DNA of 64,000 bases, taken from the NCBI GenBank assembly GCA_030390025.1, contig JASTWF010000036.1:1054001-1118000 (forward strand), written 5' to 3'. Under the pieces are notes generated by a model. That model ran no database searches and was not told the origin of the DNA. It saw nothing but the letters and a program-made list of their open reading frames with translations. The translations under genes were made by a program, and so were the position numbers. Of this stretch, positions 24,521 through 34,787 are shown one piece after another. Position 1 is the first letter of the stretch, and each line of letters opens with the position of its first letter. The stretch comes from Squalus acanthias. Lineage: Eukaryota.

Positions 24521-24865
24521 GTCTGGGCGGTGTATGCGGATGATGAAGGTTTCTAAACCGTAGAATCCCAAATGCGAGACTGAACTAAAGCTGAGAAATC
24601 AGAGCTGTGGGAGTGCGTTAAGTTCGAACTATGCCTTTTGAAGTGGGCTCTTGCAACATGTGTGGTGGGATGTTGAAATCTTAGCATTGCCATCTGCCTG
24701 CAAATATCTTGCTTTAATGGTTCACTACTCGGAGTAATTGCATTTGTCTATTCTACGGTTTGTTCATCTGCATACATTAACATTTCAAAAAGCCACTCCT
24801 TTTGACTTCGTTTTTTTTCTGAAGAGAATCAAACCAGAATAGGAATTTTCCATTGCCACAGGCTG

Positions 24866-25275
24866 ATTGTGACGAAAGATCTTCGACCTGAAACGTTGCA
24901 GTAGAAATTCGTCACGGGCAGTGGCGATAAACGGGCGGTGGCGCATCGGCCGCCCATTATACGCAGCGCCTCGTATTCAGTTCCACCAGACGCTGCGTAT
25001 AACGGGTGCCAATGTTCCCGCTACTTTTTTGGGGGTGCACGGCCCCTTTAAGGGGCTGTGCGGCCCATTCAAATTACCACGCATGCGGGGTTTTTTCCCC
25101 CATTATAACACTGTTGAGCGACCTGCAGGGGACCTGCCGATCGCTGTGCGGCTTAACGGGAACATTGACGGGCGGCCGATCCGCTATCTCCCGAATTTCT
25201 CGGCCGTTAACTCCGTTTCCCTCTCCACAGATGCTGCCTGACCTGCTGAGTATTTCCAGCCTTTTCAGTTTTTAT
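24866..25275 (+). mobile_element. Penelope pLTR remnant (ACGU hammerhead family) split by a MITE
   Basis: gtgacgaaagatcttcgacctgaaacgtt [MITE] gttaactccgtttccctctccacagatgctgcctgacctgctgagtatttccagc matches the reverse strand of 34207-34308. Confidence 0.75.
24898..25205. mobile_element. Harbinger-type MITE with 3-bp TSD GTT
   Basis: Ends gcagtagaaattcg / cgaatttctcggcc; GTT at 24895-24897 and 25206-25208; removing it restores gaaacgttaactc. Confidence 0.8.
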
Positions 25276-26496
25276 CTCCGTGGAATTTTGCTTTTGATTG
25301 TGGTCTTGGTCACTGTTGCCGCAGAAACAATGGGCTTCGCTCCGAGACCCAGTTGGCCGAGGCCTACTCTTCAATCGCATTTACTCTTGTCTTTCTCAAG
25401 TTGTCGAAAATATACCACAGAAATCACACATTTGGTTACCATACTTTCTGATGATTGAGTCGTTGTGAGAAGCACGTCACCGAGAATATTGAAGGCGATT
25501 CTGAAGCAGAATAACAGAATCAGTAAAGAGCGAAGCGTAAGTTCTACAAACGTACTTTCCTGATGTAGGCCCTCGTCTGCCTGGAGCGCTCACTTCGAAT
25601 TCGCCAGCATGTTGCCCGTGCTTTCTCACACATGAATTTTAATAGACAGAAAATTGTGAGGAGGAGCACACGCACGAATTTCTGATGTGCTCTCCTGGCG
25701 GGCGGAGCTCTGTGCCGGGAGTGCGTGTTGGTAAAATTCACCCTTCAAAGTGATGACTCCCGTGATGGCCGAATGGGTAAAACCACTGCCCAGGATAGTA
25801 CTAAACCATATCGACCAGGCCAACTCTGGATTGACGTATTCCTGGAGATTTGACCATGTGACATTTGATCACATGGCAGTCGATCAGGTGACACCGCTCA
25901 TGTGATGCTTTAGCCGGGAGACCAATCGCCCATTCCGGCAGACTCCTGCTGAAAGCGGGAGGTTTGGGAACCTGAAGGCCAAGAGGTCTCAGGTTGGCCT
26001 TCCTGTTTGCGCTGAGTTCATTGATCTCAACAATCAAGAGACACCGTAGTTGGCCTCCACCGCGAAAGGAGGAAAGGTCAGCCAGAGTTCACAATTCTGA
26101 TTGCGATCCAATGACAGCTGCTGCAAAATGCAGGCCTATTGACGTTGCGTGAGGACAAAAGATCCACTTGATTGTGAGCGTGCTCTCTGCTGGCGTGTCC
26201 TTCCAGCACAGGCCTAGGCTCGTGTCTGAAGGTGGGGGTTCTGCAGCGTGTGGAACCACGGCCCAGTAAGGGCTGCTGCCCTCAAAAGTAAAGAGCATGA
26301 GAGAACAAGTGGTTAGTTAATGAGCTGGGACCATGGGGTCATGTTGTCTGTCGAAGATTATATTCGCTGCAGATCCCTGTTGATTGACAGAGGACAGCAA
26401 GAGAGGAAAAATTGCCCGCTGGATTTCATGCACCAGTTATAGCACAGCAGAATCCGGGGGCATTGCAGTCCCAATTTCCATTAACCTTTATCAGTC

Positions 26497-26790
26497 TCAG
26501 TCTCAGGATACGGGGTAGGACATTTAGGACTGAGATGAGGAGAAATTTCTTCATTCAGAGGGTGGTGAACCTGTGGAATTCTCTACCACAGAAGGCTGCG
26601 GAGCCCAAGTCACTGAATATATTTAAGAAGGAGATAGATAGATTTCTAGACACAAAAGGCATCAATGGGGTATGGGGAGAGAGCGGGAATATGGTATTGA
26701 GATAGAGGATCAGCCATGATCATATTGAATGGCGGAGCAGGCTTGAAGGGCCGAATGGCCTACTCCTGCTCCTATTTTTCTATGTTTCTA
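26497..26790 (+). mobile_element. CR1 LINE 3' end
   Basis: SLRIRGRTFRTEMRRNFF.QRVVNLWNSLP plus CR1 tail. Confidence 0.88.
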
Positions 26791-28019
26791 AAAAGAATAA
26801 GCCTAATGTTTCTTAACAGATTGACTACAGTCGTGCTTGGGTGCACAAAGGGAACCATCTCAATCCTCAGGAGGACATGTCTACCCACTTGAGGTGAAAT
26901 TGGAAGCAACCACTTCTCTATTTAAGCCATGAATATGAACTACCAAAATGTATCTCAAATCTCATTCAGAAGCTTTTTTTAATATATAAAAATATATAGA
27001 TTGCAAGGTATTTTTGTGATTTGATGAGAACGAAGTCACTCGAGGATTCATGTTTTATATGGTCGAACTCGTTGCACAGAAGTAACATCTTTTTCATTGC
27101 AATCACACAAACTGAAGGCCTGCAGGCAAGAAGGAGAGTATGAATTCCCAGACGGGCCGCAGAATTTCAATGACCAGTTCGACTATTTTGTACCAGAACC
27201 GCTGTTTCCCAATTTTACTTCCGTGGATATAACTTCTTGAATTTCCTTGTCTTCTCTCCCTGCTCGTTTGTTATTTTTCTTGGAGAATTCTGTTCTCCTA
27301 AATGTAAGGGATGCTAATGCTGGGAAATGGCGCGCACTGCATTTCAGGTAACCCAGTATGTGCACCAGGCAATCCCAAGCCAGGGGCAGTACAGTTGGAC
27401 CCAACCATATGCCTCGACTCCCCCACCTCAGCAGGATGCCTCGTACTGGATGTGAGACATGATTCTACTTCCTACACCAGCCATCCTGTGACCTCTTGAG
27501 GGAGATTGCCAATTACAGTTGACTTGATGGCCTCTATTGTGCTGTGTGTCCATGCCCATTGGCAACTGGATTGAGACTGCCCAAATTTGTTTCACATTGA
27601 AGGCAGAAGAAGCTTTCATTCCGTGCGCCTGGGCTAAGTATGAATGCAGGTCCGAGAGGTGAAAGGCCAGTGTCTAATATACTTCATCACCCAGTCCCAC
27701 CTCTCGTACTCTTCATTTCCAAAACATTCGCCAAAATAGTGTGTTCCTTAGAGTTAATTTAGTTCTGGAGGTTTTATGACATCAACCCACGATGACATCA
27801 CCGGGCTGACTGTAGGAATGCCACTCAAAAATCAGTGCTTATGGGACAAGGAGTTTGTCGAATGGTTGTGTTTCTCCGTTTACAGCCTGTCCATGTTGTC
27901 AGCAGGATGCTGGAATGAAACTAGTTTAGCTTAAAAATCAACCTAACGTTGTAAACTGGCCAAAGTTTTGCCTCTGTACTCACCCCTGCGTGAACACTCC
28001 TTCAGAAGTATCAAAAGAA

Positions 28020-28438
28020 AGAAAGAAAGACTTGCATTTCTGTAGCGCCTTTCACGACCACCAGACATCTCAAAGCGCTTCACAGCCAATGAAGTGTAGT
28101 CACTGTTGTAATGTGGGAAATGCAGCAGCCAATTTGCACACAGCAAGGTGATAATCACCAGATAATCTGTTTTTGTGATGTTGGTTGAGGGATAAGTATT
28201 GGCCAGGACACCAGGGATAACTCTTCTGCTCTTCTTCAAAATAATGCCATGGGATCTTTTACGTCCACCTGAGAGAGCAGACGTCTCATCTGAAAGACGG
28301 CACCTCCGACAGTGCAGCACTCCCTCAGCACTGCACTGGAGTGTCAGCCTAGATTTTTGTGCTCAAGTCCCTGGAGTGGGACTTGAACCCACAACCTTCT
28401 GACTCTGAGGCGAGTGTGCTACCCACTGAGCCACAGCT
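28020..28438 (-). mobile_element. Deu-domain tRNA SINE, near full length
   Basis: Reverse strand starts gtggctcagtgggtagcacactcgcctcagagtcagaaggttgtgggttcaagtccc (A and B boxes) and ends with the L2-type tail. Confidence 0.9.
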
Positions 28439-29140
28439 AACATGGCTAGCCATGAGAAGTAGCTTACTCCTCTTCCCCACCCCCCAACCCCTCCAAAGAG
28501 CAGTGGATATGTGGAAGATTCCCAGCAAACGTAGTTAACAGTGTTGATTGATTCTTTCAGAAAAGAGCTGGGTAGGGACAAATATACGCAGAGATGATCA
28601 AGGTGGGGACCAAGGATCTGTGGGGCTCAACCAGCCAGGATTGAATTGTGGAGATGTGCCGATGGATAGATATACTGGAGCTCTGCATGATCGCCTTTTG
28701 GATGAGGAAGAAATTGTCGCAGAACTTTCCATTAGGAAATTAACTAAATGGGTTAGAGTGCATCATGGGGCAGATTTGACATGGTCTATAGAGGGGTGGG
28801 CTTAATCAGCCAAATGGTTTTATCTTGTTTTCATTCTTTCTGTTCAGAAAATTCAAACATCTGTATCTTGACATCTGACCTATTCTCATTGTGCCAGGCA
28901 TAGTCAGCATGCCGAAATATCTGAACCTATCTTTACTCCAATATCTGTCTGACTCGATCTCACAAGCTACCTATGAATTTAATTCACGGTGAAATGGATT
29001 TGCTATGATTGGAATAATGACTGAATTTATGGCTCTATTAACTAGGCTTTGCATTTAACTGTTAAAATTGTAATCACCTCAGCACTTAGACTTGCCTGAT
29101 GCAAAACACCAGGTTATAGTCCAACAGATTTATTTAATTT

Positions 29141-29177
29141 TACAAGCTTTCAGAGCTGTTCGCTCCTTCTTCAGGTA
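29141..29177 (-). ncRNA. Minimal type I hammerhead ribozyme motif in the inverted pLTR
   Basis: UAC-CUGAAGA-A-GGAGC-GAACA-GCUCU-GAAA-GC-U-U-GUA. Confidence 0.75.
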
Positions 29178-29234
29178 GGTAGCTGTGAGAGAATCTCCCA
29201 GAATTCACAATATAAACACAGAAAAAATGTATTC

Positions 29235-30840
29235 CGCATACCGACAACTGGACAACCAGGAACACTACAGACAGCTACCCGCAGATCCGACCAAAGAACA
29301 CACCCGCCAACTCAATAGACTGATCAAGACCTTCGATCCAGACCTTCAAAACATCCTACGCGCTCTCATCCCACGTACTCCTCGCGTAGGAGACTTTTAC
29401 TGCCTCCCAAAGATACACAAAGCCAACACACCCGGACGTCCTATCGTATCAGGCAACGGAACCCTGTGTGAGAACCTCTCTGGGTACGTCGAGGGCATCC
29501 TGAAACCCATCGTACAGGGAACCCCCAGCTTCTGTCGCGACACTACAGACTTCTTGCAGAAACTCAGCACCCATGGACCAGTTGAACCAGGAACACTCCT
29601 CGTCATGATGGACGTATCGGCACTCTACACCAATATCCCCCACAATGACGGCATCGCTGCGACAGCCTCAGTACTCAACACCAACAACAGCCAATCTCCA
29701 GACGCCATCCTACAACTCATCCGCTTCATCCTTGACCACAATGTCTTCACCTTCGACAACCATTTTTTTACCCAAACACACGGAACAGCCATGGGGACCA
29801 AATTCGCACCCCAATACGCCAACATCTTCATGCACAAGTTCGAGCAAGACTTCTTCGCTGCACAGGACCTCCAACCAACGCTGTACACCAGATACATCGA
29901 CGACATCTTCTTCCTTTGGACCCACGGCGAAGGATCACTGAAAGGACTACACGATAGCATCAACAGGTTCCATCCCACCATCAAACTCACCATGGACTAC
30001 TCCTCAGAATCGGTTCCATTCTTGGACACACGAATCTCCATCAAAGACGGACGCCTCAGCACTTCACTCTACCGCAAGCCCACGGACAACCTCACGATGC
30101 TCCGCTTCTCCAGCTTCCACCCTAACCACGTTAAAGAAGCCATCCCCTATGGACAAGCCCTGCGAATACACAGGATCTGCTCAGACGAGGAGGAACGCGA
30201 TGGACACCTACAGACACTTAAAGACGCCCTCGTAAGAACGGGATATGCCGCTCGACTCGTCGATCGACAGCTCCGACGGGCCACAGCGAAAAACCGCATA
30301 GACCTCCTCAGAAGACGAACACGGGACACAACCAACAGAGTACCCTACGTCGTCCAGTACTTCCCCGGAGCGGAAAAACTACGCCATGTTCTTCGCAGCC
30401 TTCAACATGTCATCGATGACGACAAACACCTTGCTAAGGCCATCCCCACGCCTCCACTACTCGCCTTCAAGCAGCCGCCTAACCTCAAAAGTACCATCGT
30501 TCGCAGCAGATTACCCATCTTTCAGGAGAACAGCAACCGCGACACCACACAACCCTGCCACGGCAACCTCTGCAAGACATGCCAAATCATGGACACAGAT
30601 ACCATCATCACACGTGAGGACACTACCCACCAGGTACATGGTACATACTCATGTGACTCGGCCAACGTTGTCTACCTGATACGTTGCAGTAAAGGATGCT
30701 CCAGAGCATGGTACATCGGCGAGACCATGCAAACACTGAGACAACGTATGAACGGACACCGCGCAACAATCGCCAGGCAGGAGGGTTGCCTCCCAGTCGG
30801 GGAACACTTCAGCAGTCAAGGGGCATTCAGCCTCGGATCT
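29235..30840 (+). CDS. PLE reverse transcriptase, Cys-rich linker and N-terminal part of the GIY-YIG endonuclease (5'-truncated, interrupted by CR1)
   Basis: FYCLPKIHK..PGRPIVS, DVSALYTNIP, GTAMGTKFAP, YTRYIDDIF, FLD, YRKPT; PCHGNLCKTC; NVVYLIRC..WYIGET..RMNGH..EHF. Confidence 0.92.
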
Positions 30841-30841
30841 G

Positions 30842-32993
30842 CGACTAAAAACAAGGGCATATAAGGTAGCGAAATCTAGTGGGAGGACAGAGGATTGGGA
30901 AAACTTTAAAAGGCAGCAAAAAATAACAAAAAGATTGATTAAGAAAGGGAAGATAGATTATGAAAGTAAATTAGCAAAAAATATAAAAACAGATAGTAAG
31001 AGTTTTTATAGTTATATAAAAAGAAAAAGGGTGGCTAAAGTAAATGTTGGTCCCTTAGAGGATGAGACCAGGAAATTAATGGTGGGAAATATGGAGATGG
31101 CAAAAACACTGAATGAATATTTTGTATCAGTCTTTACAGTAGAGGACACTAAGAATATCCCAACACTGGACAAACAGGGGGCTATAGGGGGAGAGGAGCT
31201 AAACACGATCAAAATCACTAAGGAAGTGGTACTCGGTAAAATAATGGGACTCAAGGCGGATAAATCACCTGGACCTGATGGCTTACATCCTAGAGTCTTG
31301 AAGGAAGTGGCGGTAGGGATTGTAGATGCATTGGTAATAATTTTTCAAAACTCCCTGGATTCCGCTAAGGTCCCGGCAGACTGGAAAACTGCTAATGTAA
31401 CACCCTTATTTAAAAAGGGCAGTAGACAGAAGGCTGGTAACTATAGACCGGTTAGCCTAACATCTGTGGTAGGTAAAATTTTGGAGTCCATTATTAAGGA
31501 AACAGTAACAGGACATTTGGATAATCATAATTTAATAGGACAAAGTCAGCATGGTTTTACGAAGGGGAAGTCATGTTTGACAAATTTGCTGGAGTTCTTT
31601 GAGGAAGTAACATATAGAGTGGATAAAGGGGAACCAGTGGACGTAGTGTATTTAGACTTCCAAAAGGCATTTGACAAGGTGCCACACAAAAGATTATTGC
31701 TTAAGGTAAAAAATCACGGGATTGGGGGTAATATTCTGGCATGGATAGAGGATTGGCTATCTAACAGAAAGCAAAGAGTTGGGATAAATGGTTCATTCTC
31801 AGACTGGCAATCAGTAACTAGTGGTGTTCCACAGGGGTCAGTGCTGGGTCCCCAACTCTTCACAATCTATATTAACGATTTGGAGGAAGGGACCAAGTGT
31901 AACATATCAAAATTTGCAGATGATACAAAGATGGGAGGGAAAGTAGTGAGTGAGGAGGACATAAAAAACCTGCAAGGGGACATAGACAGGCTAAGTAAGT
32001 GGGCAGAGATTTGGCAGATGGAATACAACACTGGAAAGTGTGAGGTGATGCACTTTGGCAGGAAAAATCCGAGAGCAATTTATTATCTTAATGGCAAGAA
32101 ACTGGAGAGTACTGAAGTGCAAAGGGATCTGGGGGTCCTGGTGCACGAAACTCAAAAGGTTAGTATGCAGGTGCAGCAAGTGATTAAGAAGGCAAATGGA
32201 ATGTTGGCTTTCATTGCTAGGGGGATAGAATATAAAAATAGGGAGGTATTGCTTCAGTTGTACAAGGTATTGGTGAGACCGCACCTGGAATACTGCATAC
32301 AGTTTTGGTGTCCTTACTTAAGGAAAGACATCCTTGCTCTCGAGGCAGTGCAAAAAAGGTTCACTCGGTTAATCCCGGGGATGAGGGGGTGGTCATATGA
32401 GGAGAGGTTGGGTAGATTGGGACTCTACTCATTGGAGTTCAGAAGAATGAGAGGCGATCTTATTGAAACATATAAGATTGTGAAGGGGTTGGATCGGGTG
32501 GATGCGGGGAGGATGTTCCCGATGACGGGTGAGACGAGAACTAGGGGACATAGTCTTAGAATAAGGGGCTGCTCTTTCAAAACTGAGATGAGGAGGAACT
32601 ACTTCACTCAGAGGGTGGTAGGTCCATGGAATATGCTGCCACAAAAAGCTGTAGAAGCTGCAACATTAATTAAATTTAAAACAGAAATAGACAGTTTCCT
32701 AGAAGTAAAGGGCATTAAGGGTTACGGGGAGCGGGCAGGAATTTGGACATGAGTCTAGGTTCGGATCGGTCATGGCCCTGTGGGTAGTGGAGCGGGCCCA
32801 GGGACTGTGTAGCCTGATTCTGCTCCTATTTCGTGTGTGCAATTCTGTTAGATGCAGGAGATGGTTCTGTGATAGATAGTAGATTGGCGGTTAGGATCAG
32901 ATCAGCCATGATCTTATTGAATGGCGGAGCAGGCTCGAGGGGCCGATTGGCCTACTCCTGCTCCTATTTCTTATGTTCTTATGTTCTTATGTT
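30842..32993 (+). mobile_element. Young 5'-truncated CR1 LINE nested in the PLE endonuclease
   Basis: Open 605-aa RT ORF 30935-32752, about 8 aa different from 4937-7279; (CTTATGTT)n tail ends at 32993. Confidence 0.96.
30935..32752 (+). CDS. CR1 ORF2 reverse transcriptase (5'-truncated)
   Basis: KSPGPDG, NYRPVSLTS, LDFQKAFD, GVPQGSVLGP, FADDTK, RTRGH. Confidence 0.92.
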   Translation: MIKKGKIDYESKLAKNIKTDSKSFYSYIKRKRVAKVNVGPLEDETRKLMVGNMEMAKTLNEYFVSVFTVEDTKNIPTLDKQGAIGGEELNTIKITKEVVLGKIMGLKADKSPGPDGLHPRVLKEVAVGIVDALVIIFQNSLDSAKVPADWKTANVTPLFKKGSRQKAGNYRPVSLTSVVGKILESIIKETVTGHLDNHNLIGQSQHGFTKGKSCLTNLLEFFEEVTYRVDKGEPVDVVYLDFQKAFDKVPHKRLLLKVKNHGIGGNILAWIEDWLSNRKQRVGINGSFSDWQSVTSGVPQGSVLGPQLFTIYINDLEEGTKCNISKFADDTKMGGKVVSEEDIKNLQGDIDRLSKWAEIWQMEYNTGKCEVMHFGRKNPRAIYYLNGKKLESTEVQRDLGVLVHETQKVSMQVQQVIKKANGMLAFIARGIEYKNREVLLQLYKVLVRPHLEYCIQFWCPYLRKDILALEAVQKRFTRLIPGMRGWSYEERLGRLGLYSLEFRRMRGDLIETYKIVKGLDRVDAGRMFPMTGETRTRGHSLRIRGCSFKTEMRRNYFTQRVVGPWNMLPQKAVEAATLIKFKTEIDSFLEVKGIKGYGERAGIWT

Positions 32994-32995
32994 AA

Positions 32996-33115
32996 GGCGG
33001 CCTTCGGGATACACGACAGCGCAAAATCGTAGAGCAGAAACTGATAGCCAAGTTCCGCACTCATGAGGATGGCCTCAATCGCGATATCGGGTTCATGTCA
33101 CGATACAGAACGTGA
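32996..33115 (+). CDS. C-terminus of the PLE GIY-YIG domain, resuming after the CR1 insertion
   Basis: Hand translation GGLRDTRQRKIVEQKLIAKFRTHEDGLNRDIGFMSRYRT* with the conserved E...I and GLN motifs. Confidence 0.88.
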   Translation, partial: GGLRDTRQRKIVEQKLIAKFRTHEDGLNRDIGFMSRYRT

Positions 33116-33349
33116 CTTGACATCATGGCCGGTCTTTCCAGGCTTTTTAAAAAAAAAAACTAACACAAGAACCACCAACACAAATGGAGAGGATATGCAG
33201 CCAGCAGGTGTTTTGACACGTTGGACCCCCTGGGACACATCTCATTGTCTTGGCTGTGCTCTTAGTGTGTCTTTGATGTAGGGAAAGATTTGAATACATT
33301 TTTTCTGTGTTTATATTGTGAATTCTGGGAGATTCTCTCACAGCTACCC

Positions 33350-33385
33350 TACCTGAAGAAGGAGCGACAGCTCCGAAAGCTTGTA
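33350..33385 (+). ncRNA. Minimal type I hammerhead ribozyme motif in the 3' pLTR
   Basis: UAC-CUGAAGA-A-GGAGC-GACA-GCUCC-GAAA-GC-U-U-GUA; palindromic AGCU at helix III; predicted cleavage after 33382. Confidence 0.8.
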
Positions 33386-33659
33386 AAATTAAATAAATCT
33401 GTTGGACTATAACCTGGTGTTGTGCGACTTCTCATTTTTGCCTGATGCAGACAGCTAACGGCACTAAATGAGGACAGTGCAGAGAACCAGCATTAGAGTT
33501 CCCCCGCCCAACACCCCACCTTACGATGACTTTGTGAGGTGGCATAGGAGAGCTTTGCTGAAATCAAAAGGGCATCTGAAATTGATACGGCAGTAGACTC
33601 ACTGGCTTTTAGCTGAGTGGTCCTACTAGTGTAGATGAGAACTGTTTGAAGCAATAAAG

Positions 33660-34158
33660 GTTCGAAGTTCCTGGGGTGGGGTGGGGAGGGGGGCGGTGAT
33701 TGGAGGCCTCATTGTAGGGGAGGGGATTGGGGGCTTCCTGGGGGAATCGGAGGCCTCGGGGCGAATCGGAGGCCTCATTGCGGGGGGGGGGGGGGGGGGG
33801 TTTCTCCAATCGCGGGGGAGTGAGGCAAGGATGATGGATCCAGGAGGTAAGTGTAAAGGCACTTACCTCCTGGATCCAGCAGTCCTCGCCTTACTTTAGC
33901 TGGCGGGTTCTCCGAGGCCTGAGAAACCCGACCAGCCACAGTTAAATTTGAAATGCTGGTTAAATCTGAGGCGCGCCAGCCTCATTGTAATATTTAAATG
34001 GACGACCTGCCTCCTGGAAGCGGGTTGGCTGCCCGCACCCCGTCCCGCCTACAATAAAACTGGAAGTGGGCGGGTTGGGGTCGGGATTCCGTTTTTTAAC
34101 ACTTTAACCTCCCACCCGACCCCAACCCGCCAGTTTTTTGGGGTTAAAATTCCCCCCC
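33660..34158. mobile_element. Partial GC-rich Harbinger-type MITE with an internal perfect hairpin
   Basis: Right end ggggttaaaattccccc has the family TIR pattern; 19-bp stem at 33835-33878; left end not identified. Confidence 0.55.
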
Positions 34159-34206
34159 GTATGCCTCTATTTATAAAGCCCAAGATCCCATATACTTTAT
34201 TAACTG

Positions 34207-34787
34207 AAATAAAAGCAGAAAATGCTGGAGATACTCAGCAGGTCAGGCAGCATCTGTGGAGAGAGAAACAGAGTTAACGTTTCAGGTCATTGACCCTTCG
34301 TCAGAACTGGAAAAAGTTGGAGATGGAACAGGTTTTTAAGCAAGTGTAGGGGCAGGGAAAGGGGGGAGGGGAGGAAAGAATAAAAGGGAAGGTCTGTGAT
34401 AGGATGGAAGGCAGGAGAGATTAAAAGACAAAGGGATGATGGTGCAAGGAAAAAGGAGATGGTAATGGGACAAGTTAAGAAACAAAAGATGGCTCGAAAT
34501 GAAGTGTAAATGGCACTGGCAGATTGAAAGACAGCTGCCATGTGAGAGAGAGAGAGAAAAAAATGGAAAAAAAAGATAGGGGCAGAGGTTATGGTCTGAA
34601 ATTGTTGAACTCGATGTTGAGTCCAGAAGGCTGTAAAGTGCCTCATCGAAAGATGAGGTGCTGTTCCTCGAGCTTACATTGAGCTTCATTGGAACAGTAT
34701 AAGAGGCCGAGGACGGAGAGGTCAGAGTGGGAGTGGAGCGGAGAATTAAAGTGACAGGCGACCGGAAGCTCGGGGTCCCCCTTACGG
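34207..34787 (-). mobile_element. 5'-truncated Penelope-like element (second family): GIY-YIG C-terminus plus pLTR, 13-bp TSD
   Basis: TSD ACTTTATTAACTG at 34194-34206 and 34788-34800; PVACHFNSPLHSHSDLSVLGL..KLEEQHLIFR..QPSGLNIEF. Confidence 0.9.
34272..34308 (-). ncRNA. Minimal hammerhead ribozyme motif (ACGU palindrome family)
   Basis: AGUU-CUGACGA-A-GGGUC-AAU-GACCU-GAAA-CG-U-U-AACU. Confidence 0.78.

Larger units (their letters stand above)
29104..33437 (+). mobile_element. Penelope-like retroelement (Neptune type), 5'-truncated with an inverted partial pLTR, 12-bp TSD and nested CR1
   Basis: TSD TTGCCTGATGCA at 29092-29103 and 33438-33449; inverted repeat 29105-29234 vs 33292-33421; RT plus GIY-YIG ORF. 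Confidence 0.93.

Noticed and set aside
25401..25536. Exon-like segment with an acceptor and a GTAAGT donor
   Set aside because: Stops in all three frames; could be non-coding but is unsupported without transcript data
25815..25980. Cluster of CATGTG E-boxes and an 8-bp hairpin
   Set aside because: Appears to lie in a small degenerate insertion within an old SINE; too short to support a regulatory call
27040..27240. Open frame ending QEGEYEFPDGPQNFNDQFDYFVPEPLFPNFTSVDITS*
   Set aside because: No start codon, no convincing acceptor and no recognisable homology
28370..28438. tRNA genes at SINE heads (also 23860-23936, 54655-54735, 57140-57207)
   Set aside because: A and B boxes continue into SINE bodies, and no complete cloverleaf or terminator is evident
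29105..33421. Terminal inverted repeats as a DNA transposon or DIRS element
   Set aside because: The protein is a PLE RT with GIY-YIG, with no transposase, RNase H or tyrosine recombinase; the repeat is the PLE 3' pLTR
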